Assembly (NCBI GenBank): GCA_040954595.2
Contig: CM082593.2
Span: 5,597,434-5,661,433 of the forward strand
DNA from: Balanoglossus misakiensis
Lineage: Eukaryota; Animalia; Hemichordata
Length of the DNA stretch: 64,000 nucleotides
Direction: 5' to 3'
In this document: positions 21,101 through 34,316 of the stretch, one piece after another
Numbering within the stretch: position 1 is the stretch's first letter
How the letters are laid out: each line of letters starts with the position of its first letter
Program-made: the position numbers and the translations under genes
Notes under the pieces: model-generated
Database searches by the model: none
Seen by the model: only the letters and a program-made list of their open reading frames with translations
What the model was told of the DNA's origin: nothing

Positions 21101-22666
21101 TTGTCATAACAACAGTACTTAATTCGAGAATTAACAAATGTTGCAGAACATCTCCGTGTAAAAAGTTTCTTTATCGCTACTTTAAACATGCGCAGCACAG
21201 CCAAAAGGGCACGATTCAGAAACCTTACATATGACAGCTGACATCTAATAAATATTAACAAGCCGAGGCGCCAGACAATAAATAGACACTGATTGGGAAT
21301 CTCCACACCTTTAGCAACTCTGGTGGCAGAACGAGGAGCTCGTTTCCGTAGATTTGAGGTGAGTAGCGACAGTTTCAGTTTGAATCGAAACTCTTTCTTA
21401 GGATGACAACTTGTACGTTGTTAAACGTCGTAGAATAGAGATCTTAGTACATTGTACTAAACGTATTAACACTGGTTGAGCTACCTCATCTGTCTGTCAC
21501 CCAATTCAAAGTCTATGAAGTAAATTTCTGGCAAAACAGAAGATTCATAGTTTCAGATAGCTTGACGAATCGAACCAATCATTGCAATGAGCCCTGTGTA
21601 ATAGAGAGAGAAACAACGAATAGAGATAGGTCATTGTTGGAATCGTTGGAATTCTAACACCTGTACAACAACAGTTTTTAATTTCGAAATGGTGTTCGGC
21701 GTGTGTTTCATTGGAAATAAAAATCTCGAAAGACGGCTCCGACAATGTCGTTCAACAACAGAATAGGCGCGGAAAGGCCAAAGGCTCTATCCTAAACGTA
21801 AGATTTCTGAATCACGCGCTGCCCACGTTTATGGCTTCGCCGCGGCAAGCAAGTAACAACGATCGTGGTGTGGACAAGAAAATGTATAAATGGAAGAGGA
21901 CTCCCTGCTAATAAGTTTATGCTTTAGGTACAAACTGTTTAGTTACCCTTTGAGTTCAAAGAACCGACACAAGAAACGTGTAAACCCAAATAGTAATATA
22001 TATACACATATTGGGAGTACAGCCAGAAGACGAGAACATGAAGCACAATGAATGAACTGTCTAATTATTTTCTTGCCAAGTAATCGCGACAGAGATAGCC
22101 AACCGCTAGATTTACGCGCATTGGAATCCTCAGGTTCGGGAGGCCAGTTTGCAATATGACACCGATGGTGCAGTAGAAGCGGCAGCTAATTTGTCATGAC
22201 TCATATCGTTGGACAGGACGGATGCTGAACGAATCAGTGCGTTGACTTGCACACAGGCAGTGCACAGAAACATCTCAATGAAGTTCAGCAGAATAATGTC
22301 ACAAAGTACCATGTCACACACGACATGACATACTGCCGAATAGTTTTGCAAAACTGAAAAAAAAGAACCGCATATAATTTAATCTATAACGCGACTAGTG
22401 TAAATATGTGTTGTGTGTGCCTGGTTCTGCACAGTTACTCACTGAACATTTTATTTCAGTTGGTGAAAAATTTCTGGATGTGAGTGAACCATCTAGAAAA
22501 ATAATTGTTGCTTGAACTTCGATAAAGTAGATTATGGTTGCTATGTATTGGTGAATGGACGATTGCATTGTTTTACTAAATAATGTAAAGGTACCCTATG
22601 ATCCGAGTATAATTTATTGAAGTTGTGTTAGGTCAAATTTGTTAAGTCGCTTTTATTCCTTTGTAG

Positions 22667-25600
22667 ATGGCACTGGTGTTCTTATTCCGTTCCGTTGGAT
22701 TTCATTTGGTTGTGAGTGGAATTCTGCGTCCCTTGCCTCTGTCATCGGGTCAGATCCAGACAACTGGCAGCATTTCAACAAAGCAGGGATCAACCGGCTT
22801 CTCTGGTCCGTCGACGGTCGGTCACACTCAAGTGCAATCAACGCCAGAAACTGACGACAACTCATCCGGACCATCGACAGTATCTACTCCTGCAGAGAGC
22901 GTGTATGTGCCGCCAGCTCGACCGTGGTACATAGACGAGGAGTCCCTGCAGTGCCGAAGCACACAAACAGACCGCCACCGCCTCGACTCTTGTATGTGGT
23001 TCGGGAGGCCAGTTTGCAATGACACCGATGGTATTTATGGGCACAAACACACAATGTGTGCTTGCTACGACGGCTGCCTCCAGCGGCACGAATGTTGCCA
23101 CGACTTTGTGGACGTTTGCCTTGGGCCTGAATCCAAACCGAACGGTCAGATAATGCAGATGGAATACTGCATGAAAACATACAAGTACGACAATGTGTGG
23201 ACCGTGAATAAATGTCCCCCTGAGTGGAGAGACCCTGTCATAAAGCAAATGTGTGAGGACGAAGAGGGTAAGGAAATTTCGTCCATTTTTTCATCCCTTT
23301 GATGTTATTACTATTATAAAGTGGGGGGGGGGGGATTTAGTCATTAAAGTCTCGAGGAACAGCGATGCTCATTTCCCGTGCTTTGAAGATTTCTCATATT
23401 TTCAACGCATTTGTAAGTAATAAACTGTAATTGAATACATGTACATGCAATTTACCAAATCGTGTGTTTTCTTGCAGGTAGAAAAGAATCCATCCTGAGA
23501 ATTACACCTGGTATTGACCATGATGGAAGAATCTACGACAACATCTACTGCGCTCGGTGCCACAATGTCAGGCCAGCGGACGTTCAGTTAACATCACTGG
23601 TATGGACGTGTAAGTACGGCCTACCGGAAGGGATTGGCCCTGAAGACGGACTGAGTACCCTTCTGTCCGCATTCTTATCAAGAGACGAGTGCGAACGCCT
23701 GGCCGTGATTCCAGAAGATAAATTGCGGCTGGCTTCGAAGTGCGTGGAGGCCATCGACTCCTGTCCACCAAATACCACCGATGCAACCATCGTGCAGCAC
23801 TGCGAAAACCACACAAGCATGGTTTCTAAATCCATTTTTCCAAGCAGCAAAGTATACTACAAGAATGCCCACTGTGCCGTTTGCAATGGTGTCAGTACAG
23901 ATCAACTTTTCTGCGGAACAATCCTAAATTCTCCGTCCCCAGCATTCCCTCCCCTGACGGTTCTCTTCGACTACAATGAGCAGGGCGAGCAGCGACTCCA
24001 GCCGCTGACCCTGTCACCTCTGAGCACGGTGGAAGAGGACTGGGCCTGCGAGGAACATGAAATATTCGACATCTTATCAGAGGGGTGCGTGTCCCTCTCC
24101 GAGATTGACCGGCGACCGTCTTCTGCGCCAAATCCGTGCGCCGAGGATGGTGATTGTGTTAGAAACACGACCGCCTTCGCCTCTGACAACCACCGCGAAC
24201 ATGTGGCTGATATTCCACCATCTGAGTGGGTTCTTGCCATAAATGTGTCGGTGGGACTCCCGAACGAATTTCCCATATCCGCCTTAGATTTGTTTCTACA
24301 AGACATCCGCGACCGTGTATTCACGAACGAAACGAGCAATATAACATCAACCAGGTTTGAAATGACGACTGACAATGAAGTCATGCATGTCGGGGCGATA
24401 TCTACAATCTTCGCAAGATTGGAAAGTGAAAATTTTCTTACCTCTCTGCGCTGTGCGCATCTCAGTCGATCAATGGGGCATATTGGGTCTGTACATTCGG
24501 CTTCGGTAAATATCGAAGAATATTCACGAGATTACTGTAGTGATGGCGAAATTATGATGAACAGCATCAATGAAAGTTATGCGTCTTTCTTTGAGAGAGA
24601 TAGCAATTTGCTCAAACGTTTCATTAATCAACCCGAAAGTATGAATCGCTCGCATAATTACCTGCGGTCTAAACATTGCACGTACCATGCAATGAACAAA
24701 CGTACTTTGGACTTTAACGTTGCCGAACAAAATGTTTTGTCGGTCTGTGCAGAGAGTCAAAATAACAGATATCTAAGCTGTTTAAATGGCGTCGTAGTCA
24801 AACTTGCCAGAAACCAGTTTGTAATTAAAAGGGGAATGCTTTATCATCGTACGTTGGTCGAAATTTACGAGATCATTCGAGAGCAGTATTTTGTTACTGA
24901 TGATGGCAAATTTGCCTTTGTCTGTCTTGAAAAGCAAAGATGGTCAGATGCTTACAACATTAACTCAAAGACTGGATTGCAGAATATAGTCACGTTAATT
25001 GGTTGTATTTTGTCTATTTTGTGCCTTGTAGTCACCATAGTGACGATCAGTTTGTTCCCTGAAATGAGGTCCCTACCGGGAAAGATCCTGTTGAATTTAT
25101 CGGTTGCTCTGGCACTTGCGCAGTTGCTCTTCATTACTCTTGGTGATCTGATCAAGTTCCGGTTACTTTGCTTGGCAACGGCTGTTGTTACGCACTATTT
25201 GTGGCTGGTTGCCTTTTGTTGGATGAGTGTCATGGCCTTCGATATCACCAACGTGATGCGGCACAAATACCGGACGAGAGCATCCAACGTTGGCAATTTG
25301 TTCATTTGCTATTGCGCTTACGCCTGGTTAACACCTGCCGTTGTCGTCATAGGTTGTGTGCTGGTGGACCAATTAGCGCCGTCGGCTTATCAAGTGGGTT
25401 ACGGCGAAGGGTCGGCTTGTTGGATTGGTCGGTTAGTCCCACTGGTTGTTACCTTTCTCACTCCCGTTGGTTGCATGATTCTGTTCAACTTTATCGCGTT
25501 CGGTTGCGCTTTTTGCACTCTTGTCAGGCGGGAAAAGCAAATGAAAGCTGCTCGCCAACAGACTTACACCTCCAAGCAGCTCGCTTTAGCTGTCAAAATG

Positions 25601-25840
25601 TCGAGTGCGATGGGTTTGACCTGGATTGTTTTGTTTGTGACTGGATTTGTACAATCGGAGGTTCTTGATTACATATTCATTGTAGCAAACACGCTGCAGG
25701 GGGTCTTCATATTCTTGGCGTTTCTAATGCGCCTGCGTACCGTTCAATTATATGCAGGCCTCTGTTGTAAGAAGAAAGCGGACACTGGGAAATCTAGCGG
25801 CAGAGTTGTTGCTGCCACACAGTCAACCAAATCCCAATAA
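22667..25840 (+). CDS. Somatomedin-B/Cys-rich ectodomain, secretin/adhesion-family-like 7TM receptor, copy 1 (exons 22667-23267, 23478-25840; ~987 aa)
   Basis: Signal peptide, S/T-rich stretch, SMB-like CACYDGCLQRHECCHDFVDVC, two YxNxxCAxC motifs. 7TM with family-B features (LPGKILLNL, HYLWLVAFCWM, CWI, MGLTW, NTLQGVFIF). No GPS motif seen. Confidence 0.9.
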
Positions 25841-26699
25841 AAAGGGTTTTAATCAAGGCGGACTTGGCTTGCATATTCTGACAGTAGTTGTCAACAGAGG
25901 GTACAGTTGGCTCCCATACACAGAATCACTGCACCAGATTTGATGAAACCTTCTATAGACACCAATCTTATGTGTTTGATTATACTATGTGTGATTTCGA
26001 TTATCTGCTGATATATTCAGAATGTTTCAGAAAATACTGCACCAGATACTGTATTACAAATGTATCTGACTGAAGTTTGAGAATAGCGGATCTTCCGCTC
26101 AATGAGAGACCTCGCAAGCTCTTTTTCTCTTACACGGGACCGGCATTTAAATACAGTGCCACAAACATCTTAGTAATACATTAGACCTTCTTAATGGTTT
26201 TTAATTACAGTAATTTTAAATTTTTCTTCAAAGGAATTGACTCTCTTAGACCATATATTTTCTAATTAGTTTTTTTTTCATTCTAATTAGGTGTGTCACT
26301 TGACTTGTAAACTTTAAATTCTCATTGTGTTTTTAGGATTATAAGGCATTACATTTCGCATATTGACTCTACCGTAAGCTTATTTCGCTTTAACTTTTAC
26401 AGAATATCTTAAGATACATATACTTTTGATGTTTAGGTCAACGAAGTGAAAGTTGTACATTGTACTTTGCATAATATGTAATCCCGATGTAATTGCATTG
26501 TATACGTTATTTTAGTATGATTAAAGTATCAGTCTCAACTCAGTTTATTATGCCCGTATATTTTAGATACATGTGCATTGTAATGTCTTTCTCGTTCTGG
26601 TTATAAATATAAAAAGTGATTGAAAGCGTGGTATGTTCTCACCCGAGATCGTTTCAGCATAAGAAATGACCGACTTACAGTCTAGTACCTACTAGTCTA

Positions 26700-26957
26700 G
26701 AGTCTAGACTATCTCTCTTTTCGCATTTGCTCATTCACATACTTGTATAATAGTGTAGGTCAGTCAGAAAACACGTGTAGTCCAGACTCGCGCACGACTG
26801 TGATTTCAGAAGTTTGTGTCAGAGTGATGCACCACGGGACTGTCACATGACTTTCAGGAGAAAAAAACATGGCGGACTAAGCTCAGGGAGGATGTATCGG
26901 CTGCTTCACTTCAGCGAATTGCCACCGATCAAAGCGGTGATCCTTTGAGAAGAGGTT
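26700..26957 (+). pseudogene. Duplicated orphan copy of the HPS5 promoter and non-coding first exon
   Basis: Near-identical to ~34240-34509. The donor reads GAG|GTTTCT instead of GAG|GTGAGT. Confidence 0.75.
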
Positions 26958-29807
26958 TCTAAACATGCCTTGGCTGAATCCTTGAAAATTTAAGCTATGA
27001 AACGATATACAGTATGTTTTTTGTGTACTTCATTTTCTTGTTCTCTTTTCACACAGAATTAGCCACAGGGTCTCCAGATGGCGGTTTTTCTTAAAATTTG
27101 AGTGTCTTAAGCGGCATGCATCGTGCCAAGACTGTGTAGGCCTAGCTCTTCGCTTCGGGCACTGTCGACAGCGACTAATACGCAGACCATACAAATGTGG
27201 TACACTATTGACATTCACTGAGAAGTTGGAGAATAGTGAGACAGAAAAAAAAAAAAAGCTTTTCAAGATTATAAACGCTGCGTTCATCCCAAGGTTCCAC
27301 CTGTTACAATTTGAATCAAAGCGCATTAAATGGTTGCTTGTTACTTCATCTATGTTTCCCAAAGGTCCGCCCTTGGCGCTACATATGTGTGTCCAATTGC
27401 GGCATCCGTTGCCAAAGCAACAGAAGAAATTTGCGAGATTAGGATCTGCGATCATTTTCATAACGACATTAGTGTAATCATGGACCCTAGATTTTGACTC
27501 GCGTCTACTGCTTAATAAGCTAATATCTTCATGTCAAATTGAAGAAAAAGCAACCAAAGGCTAGCTTTAAATTGCTAATTCCAAGGCTACAGCCAATGTA
27601 CCTTTAAATGGCCAATTCCAGATGAAAATGATAGCTTTGAAGATACGGGTTTACCTGTTGCTGTGATTATAGTGGACACGTGCTCCTTTTCTCTATTACA
27701 AGGGCGCACCATTTTTGTAGTAATTTTGCAAATTCGAGTTGTACTTAACTTTGTGTACGTCAATGTTGTCATAACAACAGTGCTTGATTCGGGAATTAAC
27801 AAATGTTGCAGAACATCTCCGTGTATTAAAAAGTTTCTTTTTCGCTACTTTAAGAACGTGCGCGTGCGCAGCACAGCCTAAAAGGGCACGATTCAGAAAA
27901 ATTACGCAGGACAGCTGACATCATAAATATTAACAAGCCGAATCGCCAGGCAATAAATAGACACTGATTGGGAATCTCCACACCTTTTGCAACTCTGGTG
28001 GCAGAACGAGGAGCTCATTTCCGTAGATTTGAGGTGAGTAGCGACAGTTTCAGTTTGAATCGAAACTTTTTCTTAGGATGACAGCTCCACGAGCTTCCAG
28101 TTTTATTTTGCATTATTTTCAGAACAAACTTAGATTTATCTTACTAAAGGGTGCGCATGTGCTGCTTGAAGAAACGATTTCAAAGTTGCGGTTTAGGTCG
28201 CGGTTTTGATTTACCGGGAGCAAATTCTGTGTGTGTGGGGACTGTACTGACCAGGAGGTATCTGTTCGGTTTGTGCTGTTTTCAAAATTCAGTGCTGTAA
28301 TTTAATAACATTCATGCCACACATCACATCACAATCTTTTCCGCATTGTATTGTATTGTAAAGCATATGCCTTCGAGTGACTCGCATCTTCAAAGAATCG
28401 CTTCTGATTAAGCACGGAGGTACAAAGATGTACGTTGTTGAAACGTCGTGGAATAAAGATCTAAGTACATTGTACTATTAACACTGGTTGAGCTGCCTCA
28501 TCTGACACCCAAAGTCAGCGAAGTAAATTTCTGGCAAAACAAAAGAAATACACGCAACCCATACAACCAATCTTTTGATGTGGTCAGCGTTAAATGGTTA
28601 AAACCCTGTGCTATATCCTTGTTGAGCTATATTTCTCCTGGAAGAATTATAGTAACATACTTTTTTCAATCGTGTTCATTGCAATGAATAGAGAGACAAA
28701 ACGAAAAGAGAAAGGTAATTTTTGGAATCAAGGGAATTCTAACACCTGTGAAACAACAGTTTTTAATTTCGAAATGATGTTCGGCGTGTGTTTCATTGGA
28801 AATAAAAATCTTGAATTACGCCTGTCTTTCCACACTGCTGTCCCCGACTTTAAAATGCCGGTTTAGTCTCAAACTGTCACGTTCAGATACATTAATGACT
28901 CCAACAATGTCGTTCAGCAACAGAATAGGCGCGGAAAGGCCAAAGGCTCTATCCTAAACGTAAGGTACTTTCTGAATCGTGCGCTGCCCACGTTTATGGC
29001 TTCGCCGCGGCAAGCAAGTAACAACGATCATGGTGTGGACAAGATAATGTATAAATGGAAGAGGACGCTAATAAGTTTATGCTTTAGGTACAAACTGTTT
29101 AGTTACCCTTTGAGTTCAAAGAACCGACACAAGAAACGTGTAAACCCTAATAGTAATATATATATATACACATATTGGGAATACAGCCAGAAGACGAGAA
29201 CATGAAGCACAATGAATGAACTGTCTAATTATTTTCTTGCCAAGTAATCGCGACAGGGATAGCCAACCGCTAGATTTACGCGCATTGGAATCCTCAGGTT
29301 CGGGAGGCAATATGACACCGATGGTGCAGTAGAAGCGGCAGCTAATGTGTCATGACTCATATCGTTGGACAGGACGGATGCTGAACGAATCAGTGCGTTG
29401 ACTTGCACACAGGCAGTGCACAGAAACATCTCAATGAAGTCCAGCAAAATAATCTGAGACTCACAAAGTACCATGTCACATACGACATGACATACTGCCG
29501 AATAGCTAACTTTAAAATGCATGGTTGTTTACAGTTTTGCAAAACTGAAAAAAGAACCGCATATAATGTAATCTATAACGCGACTAGTGTAAATATGCCC
29601 CAGTTGGTGGAAAATTTCTGGATGTGAATGAACCATCTAGAAAAAAGAATTGTTGGACTTCGATAAAGTAGATTATGGTTGCTATATATTGGTGAATGGG
29701 CGATTGCATTGTTTTACTATTGAATGTAAAGGTACCCTATGATCCGAGTATAATTTATTGAAGTGGTGTTAGGTCAAATTTGTTAAATCTCTTTCATTCC
29801 TTTGTAG

Positions 29808-32800
29808 ATGGCACTGGTGTTCTTATTCCGTTCCGTTGTAATTGGATTTCTTTTGGTTGTGATTGGAATTCTGCGTCCCCTGCCTCTGTCATCGGGTCAG
29901 ATCCAGACAACTGGCAGCATTTCAACAAAGCAGGGATCAACCGGCTTCTCTGGTCCGTCGACTGTCGGTCACACTCAAGTGCAGTCAACGCCAGAAACTG
30001 ACGACAACTCATCCGAACCATCGACAATATCTACTCCTGCAGAAACCGTGTATGTGCCGCCACCTCCACCGTGGTACATAGACGAGGAGTCCCTGCAGTG
30101 CCGAAGCACACAAACCGACCGCCACCGCCTCGACTCTTGTATGTGGTTCGGGAGGCCAGTTTGCAATGACACCGACGGTATTTATGGGCACAAACACAGA
30201 ATGTGTGCTTGCTATGACGGCTGCCTCCAGCGGCACGAATGCTGCCACGACTTTGCGGACGTTTGCTATGGGCCTGAATCCAAACCGAACGGTCAGATAA
30301 TGCAGATGGAATACTGCATGAAAACATACAAGTACGACAATGTGTGGACTGTGAATAAATGTCCCCCTGAGTGGAGAGACCCTGTCATAAAGCAAATGTG
30401 TGAGGACGCAGAAGGTAAGGAAATTTTATCCATTTTTTCATCCCTTTAAGGTTTTTCGCTCTTCGAAATTTAGTCATTAAAGCCTCGTGGAACAGCGATG
30501 CTCATTTCCCGTGCTTTGAAGATTTCTCATATTTTCAACGCATTTGTATGTAATAAACTGTAATTGAATACATGTACATGCAATTTACCAAATCGTGTAT
30601 TTTCTTGCAGGTAGAAAAGAATCCATCCTGAGAATTACACCTGGTATTGACCATGGTGGAAGAATCTACGACAACATCTACTGCGCTCGGTGCCACAATG
30701 TCAGGACAGCGGACGTTCAGTTAACATCACTGGTATGGACGTGTAATGGCCTACCGGAAGGGATTGGCCCTGAAGACGGACTGAGTACCCTTCTGTCCGC
30801 ATTCGTATCAAACGACGAGTGCGAACGTGTGGCCGTCATTCCAGAAGATAAATTGCGGCTGGTTACGAGGTGCGTGGAGGCCATCGACTCCTGTCCACCA
30901 AATACCACCGATGCAACCTCCATGCAGCACTGCGAAAACCACACAAGCGTTGTTTATAAACCCCCTTATCCAGACAACCCAGTGTCTTACATGTTCAAGA
31001 ATGCCCACTGTGCAATTTGCAATGGAGTCAGTTCGGGTGAACTTATCTGCGGAGCATACTTCTCCCCTGCTGGCTCAACATTTCCTCCCCTGACCGTTCT
31101 CTTCGACTTCAATGAACAGGGCAGGCAGCGACTCCAGCCGCTGATCCAAGGCCAGGTACGTTCGAATGCTTTGGAAGAGGACTGGGCCTGCGAGGAACAT
31201 GAAATATTCGACATCTTATCAGAGAGGTGCGTGTCCCTCTCAGAGATTGACCGGCGTCCATATTCTGCGCCAAATCCGTGCGCCGAGGATGGTGATTGTG
31301 TTAGAAACACGACCGCCTTCGCCTCTGACAACCACCGCGAACATGTGGCTGATATTCCACCATCTGAGTGGGTTCTGGCCATAAATGTGTCGGTGGGACT
31401 CCCGATCGAATTTCCCATATCCGCCTTAGATTTGTTTCTACAAGACATCCGTGACTATGTATTCACGAACGAAACGAGCAATATAACATCAACCAGGTTT
31501 GAAATGACGACTGACAATGAAGTCATGCATGTCGGGGCGATATCAACAATCATCGCAAGATTTGAAAGTGAAAATTTTCTTACCTCTCTGCGCTGTGCGC
31601 ATCTCAGTCGATCAATGGGGCATATTGGGTCTGTACATTCGGCTTCGGTAAATATCGAAGAATATTCACGAGATTTCTGTAGTGATGGCGAAATTATGAT
31701 GAACAGCATCAATGAAAGCTATGCGTCTTTCTTTGGGAGAGATGGCGATTTGCTCAAACGTTTCATTAATCAACCCGAAAGTATGAATCGCTCGCATAAT
31801 TACCTGCGGTCTAAACATTGCACGTACCATGCAATGAACAAACGCACATTGGACTTTAACGTTGCCGAACAAAATGTTTTGTCGGTCTGTGCAGAGAGTC
31901 AAAATAACAGATATCTAAGCTGTTTAAATGGCGTCGTAGTCAAACTTGCCAGAAACCAGTTTGTAATTAAAAGGGGAATGCTTTATCATCGTACGTTGGT
32001 CGAAATTTACGAGATCATTCGAGAGCAGTATTTTGTTACTGATGATGGCAAATTTGCCTTTGTCTGTCTTGAAAAGCAAAGATGGTCAGATGCTTACAAC
32101 ATTAACTCAAAGACTGGATTGCAGAATATAGTCACGTTAATTGGTTGTATTTTGTCTATTTTGTGCCTTGTAGTCACCATAGTGACGATCAGTTTGTTCC
32201 CTGAAATGAGGTCCCTACCGGGAAAGATCCTGTTGAATTTATCGGTTGCTCTGGCACTTGCGCAGTTGCTCTTCATTACTCTTGGTGATCTGATCAAGTT
32301 CCGGTTACTTTGCTTGGCAACGGCTGTTGTTACGCACTATTTGTGGCTGGTTGCCTTTTGTTGGATGAGTGTCATGGCCTTCGATATCACCAACGTGATG
32401 CGGCACAAATACCGGACGAGAGCATCCAACGTTGGCAATTTATTCATTTGCTATTGCGCTTACGCCTGGTTAACACCTGCCGTTGTCGTCATAGGTTGTG
32501 TGCTGGTGGACCAATTAGCGCCGTCGGCTTATCAAGTGGGTTACGGCGAAGGGTCGGCTTGTTGGATTGGTCGGTTAGTCCCACTGGTGGTTACCTTTCT
32601 CACTCCCGTTGGTTGCATGATTCTGTTCAACTTTATCGCGTTCGGTTGCGCTTTTTGCACTCTTGTCAGGCGGGAAAAGCAAATGAAAGCTGCTCGCCAA
32701 CAGACTTACACCTCCAAGCAGCTCGCTTTAGCTGTCAAAATGTCGAGTGCGATGGGTTTGACCTGGATTGTTTTGTTTGTGACTGGATTTGTACAATCGG

Positions 32801-32982
32801 AGGTTCTTGATTACATATTCATTGTAGCAAACACGCTGCAGGGGGTCTTCATATTCTTGGCGTTTCTAATGCGCCTGCGTACCGTTCAATTATATGCAGG
32901 CCTCTGTTGTAAAAAGAAAGCGGACACTGGGAAATCTAGCGGCAGAGTTGTTGCTGCCACACAGTCAACCAAATCGCAATAA
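29808..32982 (+). CDS. Somatomedin-B/Cys-rich 7TM receptor, copy 2 (exons 29808-30414, 30611-32982; ~992 aa)
   Basis: Same architecture as copy 1. ORF and splice sites intact. Confidence 0.9.
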
Positions 32983-33330
32983 AAAGGGTTTTAATCAAGG
33001 CGGACTTGGCTTGCATATTCTGACAGTAGTTGTCAACAGAGGGTACAGTTAGCTCCCATACACAGAATCACTGCACCAGATTTGATGAAACCTTCTATAG
33101 ACACCAATCTTATGTGTTTGATTATACTATGTGTGATTTCGATTATCTGCTGATATATTCAGAATGTTTCAGAAAATACTGCACCGGATACTGTATTACA
33201 AATGTATCTGACTGAAGTTTGAGAATAGCGGATCTTCCGCTCAATGAGAGACCTCGCAAGCTCTTTTTATCTTACACGGGACCGGCATTTAAATACAGTG
33301 CCACAAACATCTTAGTAATACATTAGACCT

Positions 33331-33978
33331 TCTTAATGGTTTTTAATTACAGTAATTTTAAATTTTTCTTCAAAGGAATCGACTCTCTTAGACCATATAT
33401 TTTCTAATTAGTTGTTAATTCTAATTAGGTGTGTCACTTGGCTTGTAAACTTTAAATTCTCATTGTGCTTTTAGGATTATACGGCATTACATTTCGCATA
33501 TTGACTCTACAGTAAGCTTATTTCGATTTAACTTTTACAGAATATCTTAATGGTTTTTAATTACAGTAATTTTAAATTTTTCTTCAAAGGAATCGACTCT
33601 CTTAGACCATATATTTTCTAATTAGTTGTTAATTCTAATTAGGTGTGTCACTTGGCTTGTAAACTTTAAATTCTCATTGTGCTTTTAGGATTATAAGGCA
33701 TTACATTTCGCATATTGACTCTACAGTAAGCTTATTTCGCTTTAACTTTTACAGAATATCTTAATGGTTTTTTATTACAGTAATTTTAAATTTTTCTTCA
33801 AAGGAATCGACTCTCTTAGACCATATATTTTCTAATTAGTTGTTAATTCTAATTAGGTGTGTCACTTGGCTTGTAAACTTTAAATTCTCATTGTGCTTTT
33901 AGGATTATAAGGCATTACATTTCGCATATTGACTCTACAGTAAGCTTATTTCGATTTAACTTTTACAGAATATCTTAA
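33331..33978. repeat. Three tandem 214-bp units in the 3' region of receptor copy 2 (single unit in copy 1 at ~26189-26411)
   Basis: Units start at 33331, 33545 and 33759, with TCTTAA junction microhomology. Confidence 0.92.
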
Positions 33979-34316
33979 GGTACATGTACTTTTGATGTTT
34001 AGGTCAAAAAAGTGAAAGTTGTACATTGTACTTTGCATAATATGTAATCCCGATGTAATTGCATTGTATACGTTATTTTAGTATGATTAAAGTATCAGTC
34101 TCAACTCAATACGTGTACATTGTAATGTCTTTCTCGTCCTGGTTATAATAAAAAGTGATTTAAAGCGTGGTACGTTGTCACCCGAGATCGTTTCAGCATA
34201 AGAAATGACCGACTTACAGTCTAGTACCTACTAGTCTAGAGTCTAAACTGCCTCTCTTTTCGCATTTGCTCATTCACATTACTTGTATTAGTGTGAGTTA
34301 GTTAGCAAATGCAAAA

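Noticed and set aside
33331-33978. Repeat array as CRISPR-like
   Set aside because: Contiguous 214-bp tandem units with no spacers, in a eukaryotic context.
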